This document shows positions 19,420 to 30,501 of a stretch of 64,000 nt of DNA, piece after piece; the first letter of the stretch is position 1; every line of letters begins with the position of its first letter. Source of the stretch: a bacterium (GTDB lineage Bacteria; UBA8248); assembly GCA_965202625.1 (NCBI GenBank), contig CBDBBI010000010.1:2208001-2272000 (forward strand), given 5' to 3'. The notes below the pieces were generated by a model. The model saw nothing but the letters and a program-made list of their open reading frames with translations. It ran no database searches and had not been told where the DNA came from. A program made the translations under genes and the position numbers.

Positions 19420-19831
19420 CTCAATTTTCCCCTTGAAATTGGATGGTCAACGAGCATCACCAAAACCCTATGAGCAATGCGTCAACATATTTATCGCCTC
19501 GAGCCTTGAATGATGAGCAGCTCGCTCTTATTTTCAAATTTTAACCTATTTTTATACTTTCACATTATACATTATACTATCAGTCATTCCGATTTTCCAA
19601 CCTCCCCCCGCTCGCTTGTTCGGGGATGATGAGGCGTCTGGTGAGAAGTCGTTTCCTTCCGCGTATGCGTTGGAACGCCCATCGGTTGCACCGCAGCGAA
19701 ATCCATCACCCACCGGCTGCCCCACGCCTTCCTGCAGCCTCCATGGTTGAATTTATTTATATAACTTGAATACTGGAGCCAGGCGTCGATCAAATGAACG
19801 CGATATTTTGGTGGATGGCGGAGAGAGAAAA

Positions 19832-20539
19832 GTGTCGCAAAGGATTCTCGTCGTAGAGGATGAGTCCGATATTCGTGAACTCCTGACTTACAACATGGAG
19901 GCGGAAGGGTTCGAAGCATTGGGTGCGGCCAATGGCGAGGAGGCTTTTCATATCCTCAGGGATGAGTCGATTCAGTTGGTCATTCTCGATCTGATGTTGC
20001 CGGACGTTTCTGGCCTGGAGATTTGTCGCTACATTCGGCGCGATTCTTCCCTCGCTCATCTCCCCGTCATCATGTTAACCGCCAAGGGTGAGGAGATAGA
20101 CCGGATCGTCGGCTTTGAATTGGGCGCGGATGATTACGTGACCAAGCCCTTCAACATCAGAGAGGTGCTCCTGCGGGTGAAAGCCGTGCTCGCGCGCTCA
20201 AAGGCGACCGTGGGGCTTGCGGGAAAAGCGCTCCGGCGCGGCGCGCTCGTCATCGACCCCGAACAGCACGAAGCGACAGTGAACGGACGCCAGATTCTCT
20301 TGACGGCGACGGAGTTCCGGCTTTTGCACCACCTGGCGGCTCACTCCGGGCGCGTTCAGAATCGCGATGAGTTGCTCGACGTAATCTGGGGGGAAGACAA
20401 ATTCGTCACCCCGCGCACCGTCGACACGTACATCCGCCGCCTTCGGGAGAAACTCGGCTCCGCCGGAGACATGATCCAGACGCTTCGGGGCGTGGGGTAT
20501 CGGTTTCAGAAAATGTCCGAAGGCGGATTCCCTCCCTGA
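19832..20539 (+). CDS. phoB: OmpR-family response regulator, PhoB/PhoP type
   Basis: VVEDE, LDLMLP, GADDYVTKPF, RTVDTYIRRLREKL; upstream of phoR and pst genes. Confidence 0.88.
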   Translation: MSQRILVVEDESDIRELLTYNMEAEGFEALGAANGEEAFHILRDESIQLVILDLMLPDVSGLEICRYIRRDSSLAHLPVIMLTAKGEEIDRIVGFELGADDYVTKPFNIREVLLRVKAVLARSKATVGLAGKALRRGALVIDPEQHEATVNGRQILLTATEFRLLHHLAAHSGRVQNRDELLDVIWGEDKFVTPRTVDTYIRRLREKLGSAGDMIQTLRGVGYRFQKMSEGGFPP

Positions 20540-20560
20540 TGCCTAGAAAGCATTCCGGAT

Positions 20561-22336
20561 ATGCGCAGGTCATTTTACAAGAAATGGATGGCGAGCTATC
20601 TCGTGGTCATCACCGTAGTCTTCACTGCGGGATTGATCTATCTCCATTTCGGCTTCTCCGCGCAGTGGATGAAAAAAGCGAGGGAGAATCTTGCGCGCAA
20701 CGCACGTCTCGCGCGCTACCAGTTGGCTTCGTTGCCCTCCAAGGGTTCTGAGAGCAAACGAATGGATGAGCTCGCCGATGGAATCGCCCGCGCACTTGGC
20801 GTCCGGGTGACGATCATATCTGCGGCGGGACAGTTGCTCTCTGATTCCCATCTTGCCCTTGGTGGCTCCGCTCAAGTCGAAAGACGCGCCGCCCGGCCCG
20901 AAGTCATAGCGGCCAGAAAGAAAGGGGTGGGTTCGAGCGTCCGTCACAGCCAGACGCTTGGCGGAGACTCGCTTTACCTGGCCCTTCCCATAGACGCGGG
21001 CCCGGTTTCGGGAGGCGTGATTCGGCTGGCGATGCATCTTGGCGAGATCGAGGAGGCGATCTACGAGATGTGGCGACTTCTCCTCGTATTTGGCGTTTTC
21101 GCGCTTCTGCTCGCCGTTGCAGTCAGTTTGGGGGCGGGCGCGATCGTACGGCGGGGATTTTACGACATCTACAGCGCCGTGGAAAAAATTTCCCGCGGCG
21201 ACTTCAGTCGTCGAATCGCTTCCCGACGCAAGGACGAGCTGGGAGACTTTGCGCGGACAATGGACAGGCTCGCCTCAGAGGTGGAAGCCCGTCTTGATGA
21301 ATCGCGCTACGAACGTGAGCGCCTAGAGGCGATTCTTGAAGGAATGACCGAAGGCGTCATGGTCACGGACGTTTCTGGGGATATCCTTCTCGTGAATGCC
21401 GCGCTGAGGGATTTCTTCCCCTCGCTTCCGGGGTTCGAGGACGGATCGCCGATTCCCCTGGAAGCCGTGCGCTCCACCGAGGTGCAAGAGACGGTGCGGG
21501 AGATGCTCTCGCGCTCCGCCGCTCGGATGGAGCGCGAGGTGAAAATCCTTCCTGCCCGAACGCTGACCTTGCACGCCAAGCGACAGGGGTCGGAAAAAGA
21601 ACCGAACCTCGTTCTGGTATTTCACGATATCACGGAAATGAAGCGGCTTGCGGGAGTGCGGCGGGAGTTCACTTCCAATGCCTCGCATGAGTTACGCACG
21701 CCCCTGACGGCAATACAGTGGGCGTCCGAGACGCTCCAGCAGACCGCGCACGCAGACCCAGAAGCGACGCGCAGGTTCGCCTCGACCATCGCCCGGCACG
21801 CCCGGCGCCTCTCTGCCTTGGTGGAGGACCTGTTGGAGTTGGGCAAGATAGAGTCGAAGGAAGAGCACGTTCGACCCGAGGAGGTTTCCATCCGAGGCGC
21901 GATGGACTCAGCCGCGCATACTTTGGGCCCCCTCGTTGAGGAAAAAGGAGTTCGCCTGGACGTGGAGATTCCCGAAGAGGCCGACCAGGTGTGGGCGGAT
22001 CCCATGGCGCTGGAGAGGATTCTGATCAACCTGGTGGAAAACGGGGTGAGCTTCAGTGCCGAGGGAAACGCGGTCACCGTCTCCGGGCGCCTGCGCGAAG
22101 ATGGTTTTGTCGAGATCGCGGTGGCTGATCGGGGAGAAGGAATTCCCCCCGAGCACCTCCCCCGGATATTCGAGCGGTTCTACCGGGTGGATTCGGCCCG
22201 CTCTCGAGATAATGGAGGCACGGGCCTCGGGCTCTCCATCGTGAAGCATCTCGTTCAGGAAATGGGAGGAGACGTGCGGGTCGAGAGCACGCCTGGCCGA
22301 GGTTCCACCTTTCGCTTCACCGTTCCCACTCCTTGA
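20561..22336 (+). CDS. phoR: Phosphate regulon sensor histidine kinase (HAMP, PAS)
   Basis: NASHELRTPLT H-box, NLVENG, DRGEGI, RIFERFYRVDSARSR, GTGLGLSIVKH. Confidence 0.92.
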   Translation: MRRSFYKKWMASYLVVITVVFTAGLIYLHFGFSAQWMKKARENLARNARLARYQLASLPSKGSESKRMDELADGIARALGVRVTIISAAGQLLSDSHLALGGSAQVERRAARPEVIAARKKGVGSSVRHSQTLGGDSLYLALPIDAGPVSGGVIRLAMHLGEIEEAIYEMWRLLLVFGVFALLLAVAVSLGAGAIVRRGFYDIYSAVEKISRGDFSRRIASRRKDELGDFARTMDRLASEVEARLDESRYERERLEAILEGMTEGVMVTDVSGDILLVNAALRDFFPSLPGFEDGSPIPLEAVRSTEVQETVREMLSRSAARMEREVKILPARTLTLHAKRQGSEKEPNLVLVFHDITEMKRLAGVRREFTSNASHELRTPLTAIQWASETLQQTAHADPEATRRFASTIARHARRLSALVEDLLELGKIESKEEHVRPEEVSIRGAMDSAAHTLGPLVEEKGVRLDVEIPEEADQVWADPMALERILINLVENGVSFSAEGNAVTVSGRLREDGFVEIAVADRGEGIPPEHLPRIFERFYRVDSARSRDNGGTGLGLSIVKHLVQEMGGDVRVESTPGRGSTFRFTVPTP

Positions 22337-22625
22337 AGGAGAGGGAAATTTCCTTCTCTCGGACTCAAGGGTGCGCGCGCCTCTTAAATCGCACAGTGCA
22401 GACAGTGAGGCGGGCATCTTGAAAAATTGGTTTATCCGAAAAATCACCTGACCGCCACGCTGCTTTAACATTCCCCCCCGCTTTCTGCACTATATTCCAC
22501 GCGCTCGGAGATCGATCGCGGCAAAGAGCGCTTCTGCTCATGGCCGCTGACGCGCAGTCCGCAGTCGCTATAAAGGGCGATGCCGTTCTCTGGGCACCGA
22601 CGCTCGTGGCGAGTGCGCGTTCCGC

Positions 22626-22691
22626 TGTCGCAGGTGGAAAATGCCGATGTCGCGGTATGTTCAATGCTTTGTCACGCAAATGTAACAAAGT
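22626..22691 (+). promoter_or_regulatory. Pho box array upstream of pstS
   Basis: TGTCAC (22670) and TGTAAC (22681) are 11 bp apart; TGTCGC at 22626 and 22648 are in the same 11-bp phase. Confidence 0.75.
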
Positions 22692-22738
22692 TTTTTGCTT
22701 TTTCCTGTAGTTTTAACCTGATTAGAGGAGAGGACAGG

Positions 22739-23749
22739 ATGTCAGCAACAAGCGGTTTCTTAAGAGTTTGGGGTTTGTTGGCGGTCATCGCCGCCATATG
22801 TTGCGCGTTCGTTTCGCAGCCCAGCGCCGCCCTAGTGGTGGACTCGAAATTGCCCGTCTATAAAGCCGCCAGCGGCGTTTCGGGGAACGTGAAGTCGGTG
22901 GGTTCGGATACGCTGAACAACCTGATGACCCTTTGGGCCGAGGGCTTCAAGCGCGCTTATCCAGACGTGCGAATCGAAATTGAGGGGAAGGGCTCCTCCA
23001 CGGCACCGCCCGCCCTTATCGCTGGAACTTCCAACTTTGGCCCGATGTCCCGCGCCATGAAGTCTAAGGAAGTGGACGCTTTCGAGAAGCGATTTGGCTA
23101 CAAGCCCGGCCGCATCCGCGTTGCGGTGGACGCCCTGGCCGTTTTCACGAACAAGGACAACCCTCTCAAGTGCCTGAGCCTACAGCAGGTTGACGCCATT
23201 TTCTCCAAGACCCGCAGGGGGGGTATGCGGACGAGCGTCGGCACTTGGGGTCAGGCGGGTCTCTCGGGCACGTGGGCGCGCAAGCCCATTTCCGTCTATG
23301 GTCGCAACTCCGCTTCAGGCACTTACGGCTACTTCAAAAAAGTGGCCCTCTTCAGGGGCGACTTCAAAGATTCCGTCAAAGAACAGCCCGGCTCCTCGGC
23401 AGTGGTCCAGGGGGTGGCTTCGGACAAGTTCTCCATTGGCTACTCTGGCATAGGGTATAAAACCGCAGACGTCGTCGTGCTCCCGATTTCCCGGAAGCCC
23501 GGCGCCAAATGCTATGCGCCTGAGGCGAAGGAAGCCTATTCGGGCAACTATCCAGTCGCGCGCTTCCTCTACGTCTACGTCAACAAGAACCCGAACCGGG
23601 CACTCGACCCCCTGCGGGCGCAGTTCATCAAATACATCTTCTCCAGGGCCGGTCAGCAGGCGGTCATCAAGGCGGGTTTCTTCCCCGTGAACTCGGCTAT
23701 CGCCGAGAGTGACCTGGGCGCTCTCCGCCTCGGACTGGGGAGCAACTAA
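22739..23749 (+). CDS. pstS: Phosphate ABC transporter substrate-binding protein
   Basis: GSDTL, GKGSSTA, GRNSASGT, GYSGIGY, YPVARFLY; AGAGGAG RBS. Confidence 0.95.
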   Translation: MSATSGFLRVWGLLAVIAAICCAFVSQPSAALVVDSKLPVYKAASGVSGNVKSVGSDTLNNLMTLWAEGFKRAYPDVRIEIEGKGSSTAPPALIAGTSNFGPMSRAMKSKEVDAFEKRFGYKPGRIRVAVDALAVFTNKDNPLKCLSLQQVDAIFSKTRRGGMRTSVGTWGQAGLSGTWARKPISVYGRNSASGTYGYFKKVALFRGDFKDSVKEQPGSSAVVQGVASDKFSIGYSGIGYKTADVVVLPISRKPGAKCYAPEAKEAYSGNYPVARFLYVYVNKNPNRALDPLRAQFIKYIFSRAGQQAVIKAGFFPVNSAIAESDLGALRLGLGSN

Positions 23750-23840
23750 GGCAGGGGAATTTCCCTTCGTTATCGTGCAGCAGCGGGGGGCCGCGAGCCG
23801 ATTTGTCCCCCCGCCGCTTTCATTTTTGAAAACGAGAGAT

Positions 23841-26474
23841 ATGAGCGGCCGGCGAGCATTAGGCGAAGACGACGCAATCCAGGGTAAGCCCAGGCGCGCG
23901 CGAGATTTAAGCACGAGGCGTTCTGTTCGAATAATCGACAAGGTTGCCGGCAAGGTTATCGCCGTCGGCGGGCTGTTCGTGATTTTGGCCGTCCTCGGAA
24001 TTATGGTGTTTCTCATCGCCGTGACCCTGCCGCTTTTCGCTGGAGAGACGATAACCCACTCCGCCGCTTTTAGAATCACCCCTCCGGAGAGCCCTCTCCT
24101 CAGTGTTGAAGTGGATGACTACAACAGCGTGGCCGTTTTGATTTCAAAGGACGGGACTTTCACTTCCGTGCACGCGCCAACGGGAAGCCCTCTCACGAAG
24201 TGGAAACTGGATTTTGGGGGAGCGCGCGCGACCGCGTTCGCGCGAACGCTCAAGGATGGAAACGTCGCTTTCGGTTTTGTCGATGGAACGGTTCGTTTTG
24301 GAAAAATCCATTTTCGTGCAGAGGTGTTGCCCGCTGAGCGGGCGCCCAGAAGCCTCGCCAGGCTCAACAGTCGCGATTTTAGCGATGGGCGCTTTGTTTT
24401 CTCGAAAATTCCAGGTCAGCAGGTTCGGAAAATTTGGGTGGAGGTAGAGCTGGGAGACCCGCAACAGGTGGCGCCGAAGGGGACACCCATCGTGAACCTG
24501 GACTACAAGGTGGGGGGAACGCCTGAGCGCCCGAGCGTCTCCTTCGCCACGTTGGACGCCAATGGAGTGGCGCGCCTCAGCCTGACCCAGACGAGGGTCA
24601 ATCTTCTGACGGGGCTGACCACCCCATCCGTAGAGAGCGTGGTTCTGCCCGACTTGCCGCGTCGGACGCGCATTTTCGGAATTCTCCTCACGGAAAGAGC
24701 CGACGCGGTTTACATCGGCACAGAACGAGGAGTCCTCCTGCGTTACGATGCGAGAAATTTCAACGGTGTATCCCTCGTAGAAAAGCAAAACCTCCTTCCC
24801 GAGGATGAAAAATTGACGGTGTTCGATTTTCTCATTGGCGATGAATCCATCGTCGCGGGAGGCTCTAAAGGGTCTTTGAACGTCTTTTTCCGGATACGCC
24901 GACCGGGGGCGACGACGCCGGACGGCTTGGTGATGGCGCGCGCACGCAATCTCGAGAAACACGCCGCAGGAGTCTCGGGCTTCTCCGCGTCCCAGAGGAG
25001 TCGAATGTTCCTCACGCTGGATTTCGGCGGAGACGTTTGGCTGCGCCATTCCACGAGTGAGGCGACTCTGTTGCGGTTTCGGATGAAAGGTATGACAGAC
25101 GCCAGGCGCTTTGTCCGTCTCTCTCCCCGAGATGACGCGCTCATCACGGCGGATGAAAATGGCGTGATGCATTTTTGGAAATTCTCTGCCGAGCACCCCG
25201 AGACGACCTTTCAGACCTTGTTCGGAAAAATTTGGTATGAGGGCTATTCCAAACCTGAATACACATGGCAATCTTCTTCTGGAGACGATGCGTTCGAGGA
25301 GAAGATATCGCTTGTTCCTCTTATTTTTGGAACCATCAAGGGGACGGTCTACTCCTTAATTTTTGCGATACCCATCGCGGTTTTAGCCGCTATTTTCACC
25401 TCTGAGTTCGTCGGCCCGGAAATCCGATCCATCGTGAAGCCCGCTATGGAGATGATGGCCTCGTTGCCCTCGGTGGTGCTCGGTTTCGTGGCCGCCTTAA
25501 TCCTGGCCCCGATAGTGGAAACATGGATTGCCGCGGTTATCCTCACTTTCATGTTGATCCCTTTTCTGTTGTTGCTCTCGGCCTATCTATGGCAGTTGAC
25601 GCCGCCTCGAATCTCCCTCTCGCTGTCGGGATTTCCCAAAGTCGGCTTGATGTTCATCGTGATAGCTCTCGGATCGCTGCTCGCCTATCAGCTCGGACCG
25701 GGGTTCGAGAGATTTTTCTTTGGGGGTGATTTCAAGGCTTGGGCGAATGGGAACATCGGGTTGGCGACGCCGGTTTTGTTCCTCGTTTTCCTCCCCTTGT
25801 CTTTTGTGGCAGTCGCTTTTGTGACCGATCGGCTCTTTGGCTATGAATGGAAACAAAAGATGAGGCGGATGCCGCATTCCCGGGCCGCGTTTTTTGAACT
25901 CCTCCGCTGGTGTGGAATGCTCGCCGCTGCCGCCCTGCTGAGCTGGGGGACGGCCGCGGCGCTTACGATGCTCGGCTTCGACGCACGCGGCGGGGTAATC
26001 GACACTTATGTTCAGCGCAACTCCCTCGTCGTGGGCTTCGCGATGGGCTTTGCCGTCATTCCGCTCATCTACACCATCGCCGAGGACGCGCTCCATTCCG
26101 TGCCGAGCCACCTCAGGGCGGCGAGCCTCGCTTGTGGCGCGACGCCGTGGCAGACCGCCCTTTGGGTCATCTTGCCCACCGCGGCCAGCGGAATTTTCGC
26201 CGCAGTGATGATTGGCATGGGCCGCGCAGTGGGCGAAACCATGATTGTGGTCATGGCGGCGGGGAACACTCCGATTCTGGATTGGAACGTCTTCTCGGGA
26301 CTCAGAGCGCTTTCGGCGAACATCGCCGTGGAACTTCCCGAAGCCGTCAAGGACGGGACGCTCTACCGGGTGTTGTTCCTCGCGGCGCTCGTTCTCTTCG
26401 CGATGACGTTTATCGTCAATACGGTTGCGGAGGTGGTGCGCCTTCGCTTCCGGAAGCGCGCCGCGCAGCTGTGA
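23841..26474 (+). CDS. pstC: Phosphate ABC permease, long form with a beta-rich soluble domain
   Basis: WYEGY..PEYTWQSS, SLPSVVLG, GRAVGETMIVVMAAGN, NIAVELPEA. Confidence 0.92.
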   Translation: MSGRRALGEDDAIQGKPRRARDLSTRRSVRIIDKVAGKVIAVGGLFVILAVLGIMVFLIAVTLPLFAGETITHSAAFRITPPESPLLSVEVDDYNSVAVLISKDGTFTSVHAPTGSPLTKWKLDFGGARATAFARTLKDGNVAFGFVDGTVRFGKIHFRAEVLPAERAPRSLARLNSRDFSDGRFVFSKIPGQQVRKIWVEVELGDPQQVAPKGTPIVNLDYKVGGTPERPSVSFATLDANGVARLSLTQTRVNLLTGLTTPSVESVVLPDLPRRTRIFGILLTERADAVYIGTERGVLLRYDARNFNGVSLVEKQNLLPEDEKLTVFDFLIGDESIVAGGSKGSLNVFFRIRRPGATTPDGLVMARARNLEKHAAGVSGFSASQRSRMFLTLDFGGDVWLRHSTSEATLLRFRMKGMTDARRFVRLSPRDDALITADENGVMHFWKFSAEHPETTFQTLFGKIWYEGYSKPEYTWQSSSGDDAFEEKISLVPLIFGTIKGTVYSLIFAIPIAVLAAIFTSEFVGPEIRSIVKPAMEMMASLPSVVLGFVAALILAPIVETWIAAVILTFMLIPFLLLLSAYLWQLTPPRISLSLSGFPKVGLMFIVIALGSLLAYQLGPGFERFFFGGDFKAWANGNIGLATPVLFLVFLPLSFVAVAFVTDRLFGYEWKQKMRRMPHSRAAFFELLRWCGMLAAAALLSWGTAAALTMLGFDARGGVIDTYVQRNSLVVGFAMGFAVIPLIYTIAEDALHSVPSHLRAASLACGATPWQTALWVILPTAASGIFAAVMIGMGRAVGETMIVVMAAGNTPILDWNVFSGLRALSANIAVELPEAVKDGTLYRVLFLAALVLFAMTFIVNTVAEVVRLRFRKRAAQL

Positions 26475-26481
26475 GGGCGGA

Positions 26482-28305
26482 ATGAATACAGAAAAGCCCC
26501 AAAAGCCGGAGGACAGTCGAGCGGAGGAGATGTGGACTCCGCAAAAAGAATCGGGAAATGATGCGGCGTATTCTCCCCAAAAAGGAGAGGCCGTCGAAGG
26601 CGAAAAAGGCTCCCCCGGGACGGGCCTTCGGGCCGCGCTGGATTTCAAGGCCAGGGGCGAGCCCTTCATCTGGCTCATGGGCGGCGCGCTCGCCCTCGGC
26701 GTGTTGATGATCGTGGGCTTCCTCGCACTTGTCCTCTGGAACGGAATCGTGACTTTTTATCCTGGGCCGTTGCGTGTGGTGACGCTCAAAAACGGAGAGC
26801 GCATCGCCGGAGAGCCGTTTCGCTCGGAGCGTTTTCGTCCCTCTGACGAGCAGTTGAAGGGCCTCGACGCGCCATCCCGCCGTGCGATAAGGGAGGCGGA
26901 GGGATTTGCGAGCCGCACGCTGTACCGGATCGGAAATTTCGACCTCTACAACGAAGATTTCAAGTGGGCGGTTGAACATCAGATCGCCAAGAACGAGACG
27001 CCGCCAGGTGTATTTTTCGTCGAGCGCAGGGAATGGGGGCCGTTTATCGGTTTTGTCGAAGTTCTGGAGCTCGACGGGCGCCGCATCGCGGGCGAGAACA
27101 TGTCGCTGGAAGAATTGTTCGCCGCCCATGAGCAAGCACTTGATCGCAGAAACGCGATTCGGGCTATTGAGGTGGACGAGATAGGCGCCATCAACTACTA
27201 CATAGAAAAGGAGCGGCTCGCCTTGCGCCGCGCCGCGCTGGACTACGGGGAGAACAGCGAGAAGTATCGCGTCGAGAAAGCGAAGTTTGACCGGTGGGTG
27301 CGGGAGATGGGAAGGGGATTCTCGGCGCTCAAGAAAAGAATCGCCTCGATCAACGCCGAGGATGAAAGATACGCGATCACCTTGCGAGAAATTGGCGGCC
27401 GCGAGAAAAATTTACGGCTCTCCGAGGTGGTCCGCATCTATCCGCCGAATCGCCTTTCATTCGGGGGAAAAATCGGAGTCTATTTCTCCCGGTGGACGGA
27501 GTTTCTGACGGAAGATCCGCGGGAGGCGAATACGGAAGGCGGCGTTCTGCCGGCGATATTCGGCACCGTCCTGATGACGTTGCTCATGGTCGTCTTCGTT
27601 GCTCCCCTTGGCGTGATCACGGCCCTTTATCTGCGCGAATACGCCAAGCAGGGGACTCTGGTTTCCATTGTGCGTATCTGCGTGAACAATTTGGCGGGGG
27701 TGCCCTCCATCGTTTACGGTGTGTTTGGCCTCGGGTTCTTCGCCTACACCGTCGGTGTCAGAATCGACCAGTTGTTTTATCCGGAACGACTCCCCACCCC
27801 CACGTTTGGAACGGGCGGTCTTTTGTGGGCGTCTCTCACGCTTGCGCTCCTCACCGTTCCCGTGGTCATCGTGGCGACCGAGGAGGCGCTCTCTGCCGTC
27901 CCCCGCTCCATGCGGGAAGGCTCGCTCGCCTGCGGAGCTTCGAAATGGCAGACGATTCGGCACATCGTCCTGCCCCAGGCTATGCCGGGCATCATGACTG
28001 GCCTGATACTGGCGATGGCGCGCGGCGCGGGCGAGGTGGCACCACTCATGCTCGTAGGGGTTGTGAAGCTGGCGCCGGAACTTCCCTTCGATGGCTTCTT
28101 TCCGTTCCTCCACCTGGAGAGAAGCTTCATGCACTTAGGTTTCCACATTTACGATGTGGGCTTTCAGTCCCGAAACTCTGAGGCTGGAAAACCTATGGTG
28201 TTCGTCACGACGTTTCTTTTAATCGCGATCATCGCCTTCATGAACGCTTTCGCCATCGTGGTTCGCAACCGCCTTCGCCGAAAATTCGTAGAAGGTCAAT
28301 TTTAA
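26482..28305 (+). CDS. pstA: Phosphate ABC permease, long form
   Basis: PREANTEGG, NLAGVPSIVYG, ARGAGEVAPL. Confidence 0.93.
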   Translation: MNTEKPQKPEDSRAEEMWTPQKESGNDAAYSPQKGEAVEGEKGSPGTGLRAALDFKARGEPFIWLMGGALALGVLMIVGFLALVLWNGIVTFYPGPLRVVTLKNGERIAGEPFRSERFRPSDEQLKGLDAPSRRAIREAEGFASRTLYRIGNFDLYNEDFKWAVEHQIAKNETPPGVFFVERREWGPFIGFVEVLELDGRRIAGENMSLEELFAAHEQALDRRNAIRAIEVDEIGAINYYIEKERLALRRAALDYGENSEKYRVEKAKFDRWVREMGRGFSALKKRIASINAEDERYAITLREIGGREKNLRLSEVVRIYPPNRLSFGGKIGVYFSRWTEFLTEDPREANTEGGVLPAIFGTVLMTLLMVVFVAPLGVITALYLREYAKQGTLVSIVRICVNNLAGVPSIVYGVFGLGFFAYTVGVRIDQLFYPERLPTPTFGTGGLLWASLTLALLTVPVVIVATEEALSAVPRSMREGSLACGASKWQTIRHIVLPQAMPGIMTGLILAMARGAGEVAPLMLVGVVKLAPELPFDGFFPFLHLERSFMHLGFHIYDVGFQSRNSEAGKPMVFVTTFLLIAIIAFMNAFAIVVRNRLRRKFVEGQF

Positions 28306-28320
28306 TGGAGATGTATCGAG

Positions 28321-29151
28321 ATGTCGTTCAGCAAGACAATGGCTGATCCGCAGGTCGAATTCGAAGCCACGGCGTACCATCCCGTTGAAAGCGCGGAGGG
28401 GAGCGTTATCGATGTTGAAAAATTTAGCCTCTGGTATGGAGAGAAACAGGCGCTGTTCGACAACAGCCTGAAAATCCAGAAAGAGCTTGTCACCGCCCTG
28501 ATCGGTCCTTCCGGTTGCGGAAAATCTACGCTTCTGCGCTCGCTGAACCGGATGAACGACCTCATCGACGGTATTCGCCACGATGGAAAGATACGGATTG
28601 ACGGAAACGAGATTCACGATCCGCGTGTCGAGGTCATCGAGCTGCGAAAGCGTCTCGGCATGGTTTTCCAAAAACCGAATCCCTTTCCGATGTCCATATT
28701 TGAAAACGTCGTCTATCCCTTGCGAGTCGACGGGATTCGCGACAGGCGCGTGCTGGAGGAGACCTGCGAGCGCGTTCTTAGGGACGCGGCGCTCTGGGAT
28801 GAGGTGTCAGACCGCTTGCAGGACAACGCGCTTGGCCTCTCCGGAGGCCAGCAACAGCGCTTGTGCATCGCCCGGGCGATTGCCTCCGAACCCGAGATCA
28901 TCTTGATGGATGAGCCTTGCTCGGCGCTCGACCCGATCGCCACGGCCCGCATTGAGGATTTGATCGCGCAGCTCAAGGAGCATTTCTCCATCGTCATCGT
29001 GACGCACAACATGCAGCAAGCGGCCCGCGTCTCGGACAACACAGCTTTCATGTTTCTGGGACGATTGATCGAGTATGGAGATACGAAAAAGATTTTTATG
29101 AACCCCAGGCACGTCCGGACCTCTGATTACATCACCGGTCGATTCGGCTAA
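28321..29151 (+). CDS. pstB: Phosphate ABC ATP-binding protein
   Basis: [45 protein letters not shown]. Confidence 0.97.
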   Translation: MSFSKTMADPQVEFEATAYHPVESAEGSVIDVEKFSLWYGEKQALFDNSLKIQKELVTALIGPSGCGKSTLLRSLNRMNDLIDGIRHDGKIRIDGNEIHDPRVEVIELRKRLGMVFQKPNPFPMSIFENVVYPLRVDGIRDRRVLEETCERVLRDAALWDEVSDRLQDNALGLSGGQQQRLCIARAIASEPEIILMDEPCSALDPIATARIEDLIAQLKEHFSIVIVTHNMQQAARVSDNTAFMFLGRLIEYGDTKKIFMNPRHVRTSDYITGRFG

Positions 29152-29169
29152 GCGAAGGAGGAAATTGAC

Positions 29170-29853
29170 ATGGCGCTGACGAGCGGAAGAACACACACGA
29201 GCAAGGAGTTTGACAACGAACTCCAAGAGCTCCGCCGCCTTATTCTGGAGCTGGGCGCCAAGGTAGAGATGATGATGGCGAAAAGCATCGAAAGCCTTAC
29301 TCGGCGCGATTCCCAGGTTGCCCAGGCTATCATCGCAGAGGATGCGGAAGTCAACGAGCTCGAAGTTGACGTGAACGCTCTTTGCATACAGATGGTGGCG
29401 TTGAGACAGCCGACGGCGGTGGACCTTCGCTTTATCACGACGGGCCTGAAAATTGCTTCGGATCTCGAACGGGTGGGCGACTTGGCCGCCAACGTTTGCG
29501 AACGAGCACTGGAATTGAACGAGGAGCCTCCCCTCAAGCCCTATATCGAACTGCCCCGGATGGCTAGCGCCTCCAGCCAGATGCTGCGCGAGAGCTTGGA
29601 TAGTTTCATCAAGGAAGACGTGGCTTTGGCTCGAAAGGTCATCTCGAGCGATGATGAGGTGGACAACATGAACGAGGAGTTGTTCCGAGAGCTATTGACC
29701 TATATGCTGGATAACCCGCGCAACATCAGCCGAGCCACTCGCCTCACGTTCATCTCGAAATACCTAGAGAGAATCGCCGATCATGCGACGAACATCGCAG
29801 AGGCCGTCCTCTTCATGGTGGAAGGCCACAACCCGAGGCGAAGCCCGGAGTAG
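29170..29853 (+). CDS. phoU: Phosphate signalling complex protein
   Basis: [28 protein letters not shown]. Confidence 0.96.
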   Translation: MALTSGRTHTSKEFDNELQELRRLILELGAKVEMMMAKSIESLTRRDSQVAQAIIAEDAEVNELEVDVNALCIQMVALRQPTAVDLRFITTGLKIASDLERVGDLAANVCERALELNEEPPLKPYIELPRMASASSQMLRESLDSFIKEDVALARKVISSDDEVDNMNEELFRELLTYMLDNPRNISRATRLTFISKYLERIADHATNIAEAVLFMVEGHNPRRSPE

Positions 29854-30012
29854 TTCTTCTCATTCCCAATTCCCATCAATTTTCTTTGCGTCCAAGCAGG
29901 GTTTGCGGGTAGTATCCGTATCACGCCATCGCGGGTTTTGCATTCAAAGGATCGATTTGCTCAGAAATTCCCGGATGGAAAATTCGAGGAGAATTCCCGC
30001 GCGAAGAGGGAG

Positions 30013-30501
30013 TCAGTTCTGCGCCAGAATGCGCGGCCAGTTTTCGTCAGCGCGCTTGATGTGCCCGTCGGTATTCTCTTCCCAGAGCCTCTGAACGCCC
30101 TTGCTGTAATTCAAATAGAGTTTTCCCTCCACGATTTTCCATGCGTGGGGGTTGATGCTTGCGGTGTAGCCTTGGCTCACGGCGTATGCGCAATAGCCGC
30201 CATATTGGGGGGCATACTTCTGTGGGTTGGTGCGAAATAATTGGCGGTTTCGTGCGCTTGCAAAACGCCATGTGGCGTTTTTCCATTGGTGGGAAAAGGC
30301 TTTTTTTCCCTTTATGGGCTGATTCTCCGTGAAATAGGCCACCGGGTCATACCCTCGAATGGCCCCTCCAAGGAGGGTGGAGAAAACAGGGTATAAGGCT
30401 TCCACCGACGCCGGAAGGGCGAGCAAAAAAGCAGCGATCCATATGACCGTCATCACCCGGCGTTTGCGGGGGTCCTGTTTCAGTTTGCTCGTTTTGTGCA
30501 T
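30013..30501 (-). CDS. Secreted YHS-domain protein
   Basis: GYDPVAYF, WRFAS, PQKYAPQYGGYCAYA, WKIVEGKLYLN; start uncertain. Confidence 0.88.
   Translation of the reverse strand: MHKTSKLKQDPRKRRVMTVIWIAAFLLALPASVEALYPVFSTLLGGAIRGYDPVAYFTENQPIKGKKAFSHQWKNATWRFASARNRQLFRTNPQKYAPQYGGYCAYAVSQGYTASINPHAWKIVEGKLYLNYSKGVQRLWEENTDGHIKRADENWPRILAQN

Noticed and set aside
30013-30501. Selenoprotein form of the YHS protein
   Set aside because: The GGYC position is a Cys codon; no in-frame TGA
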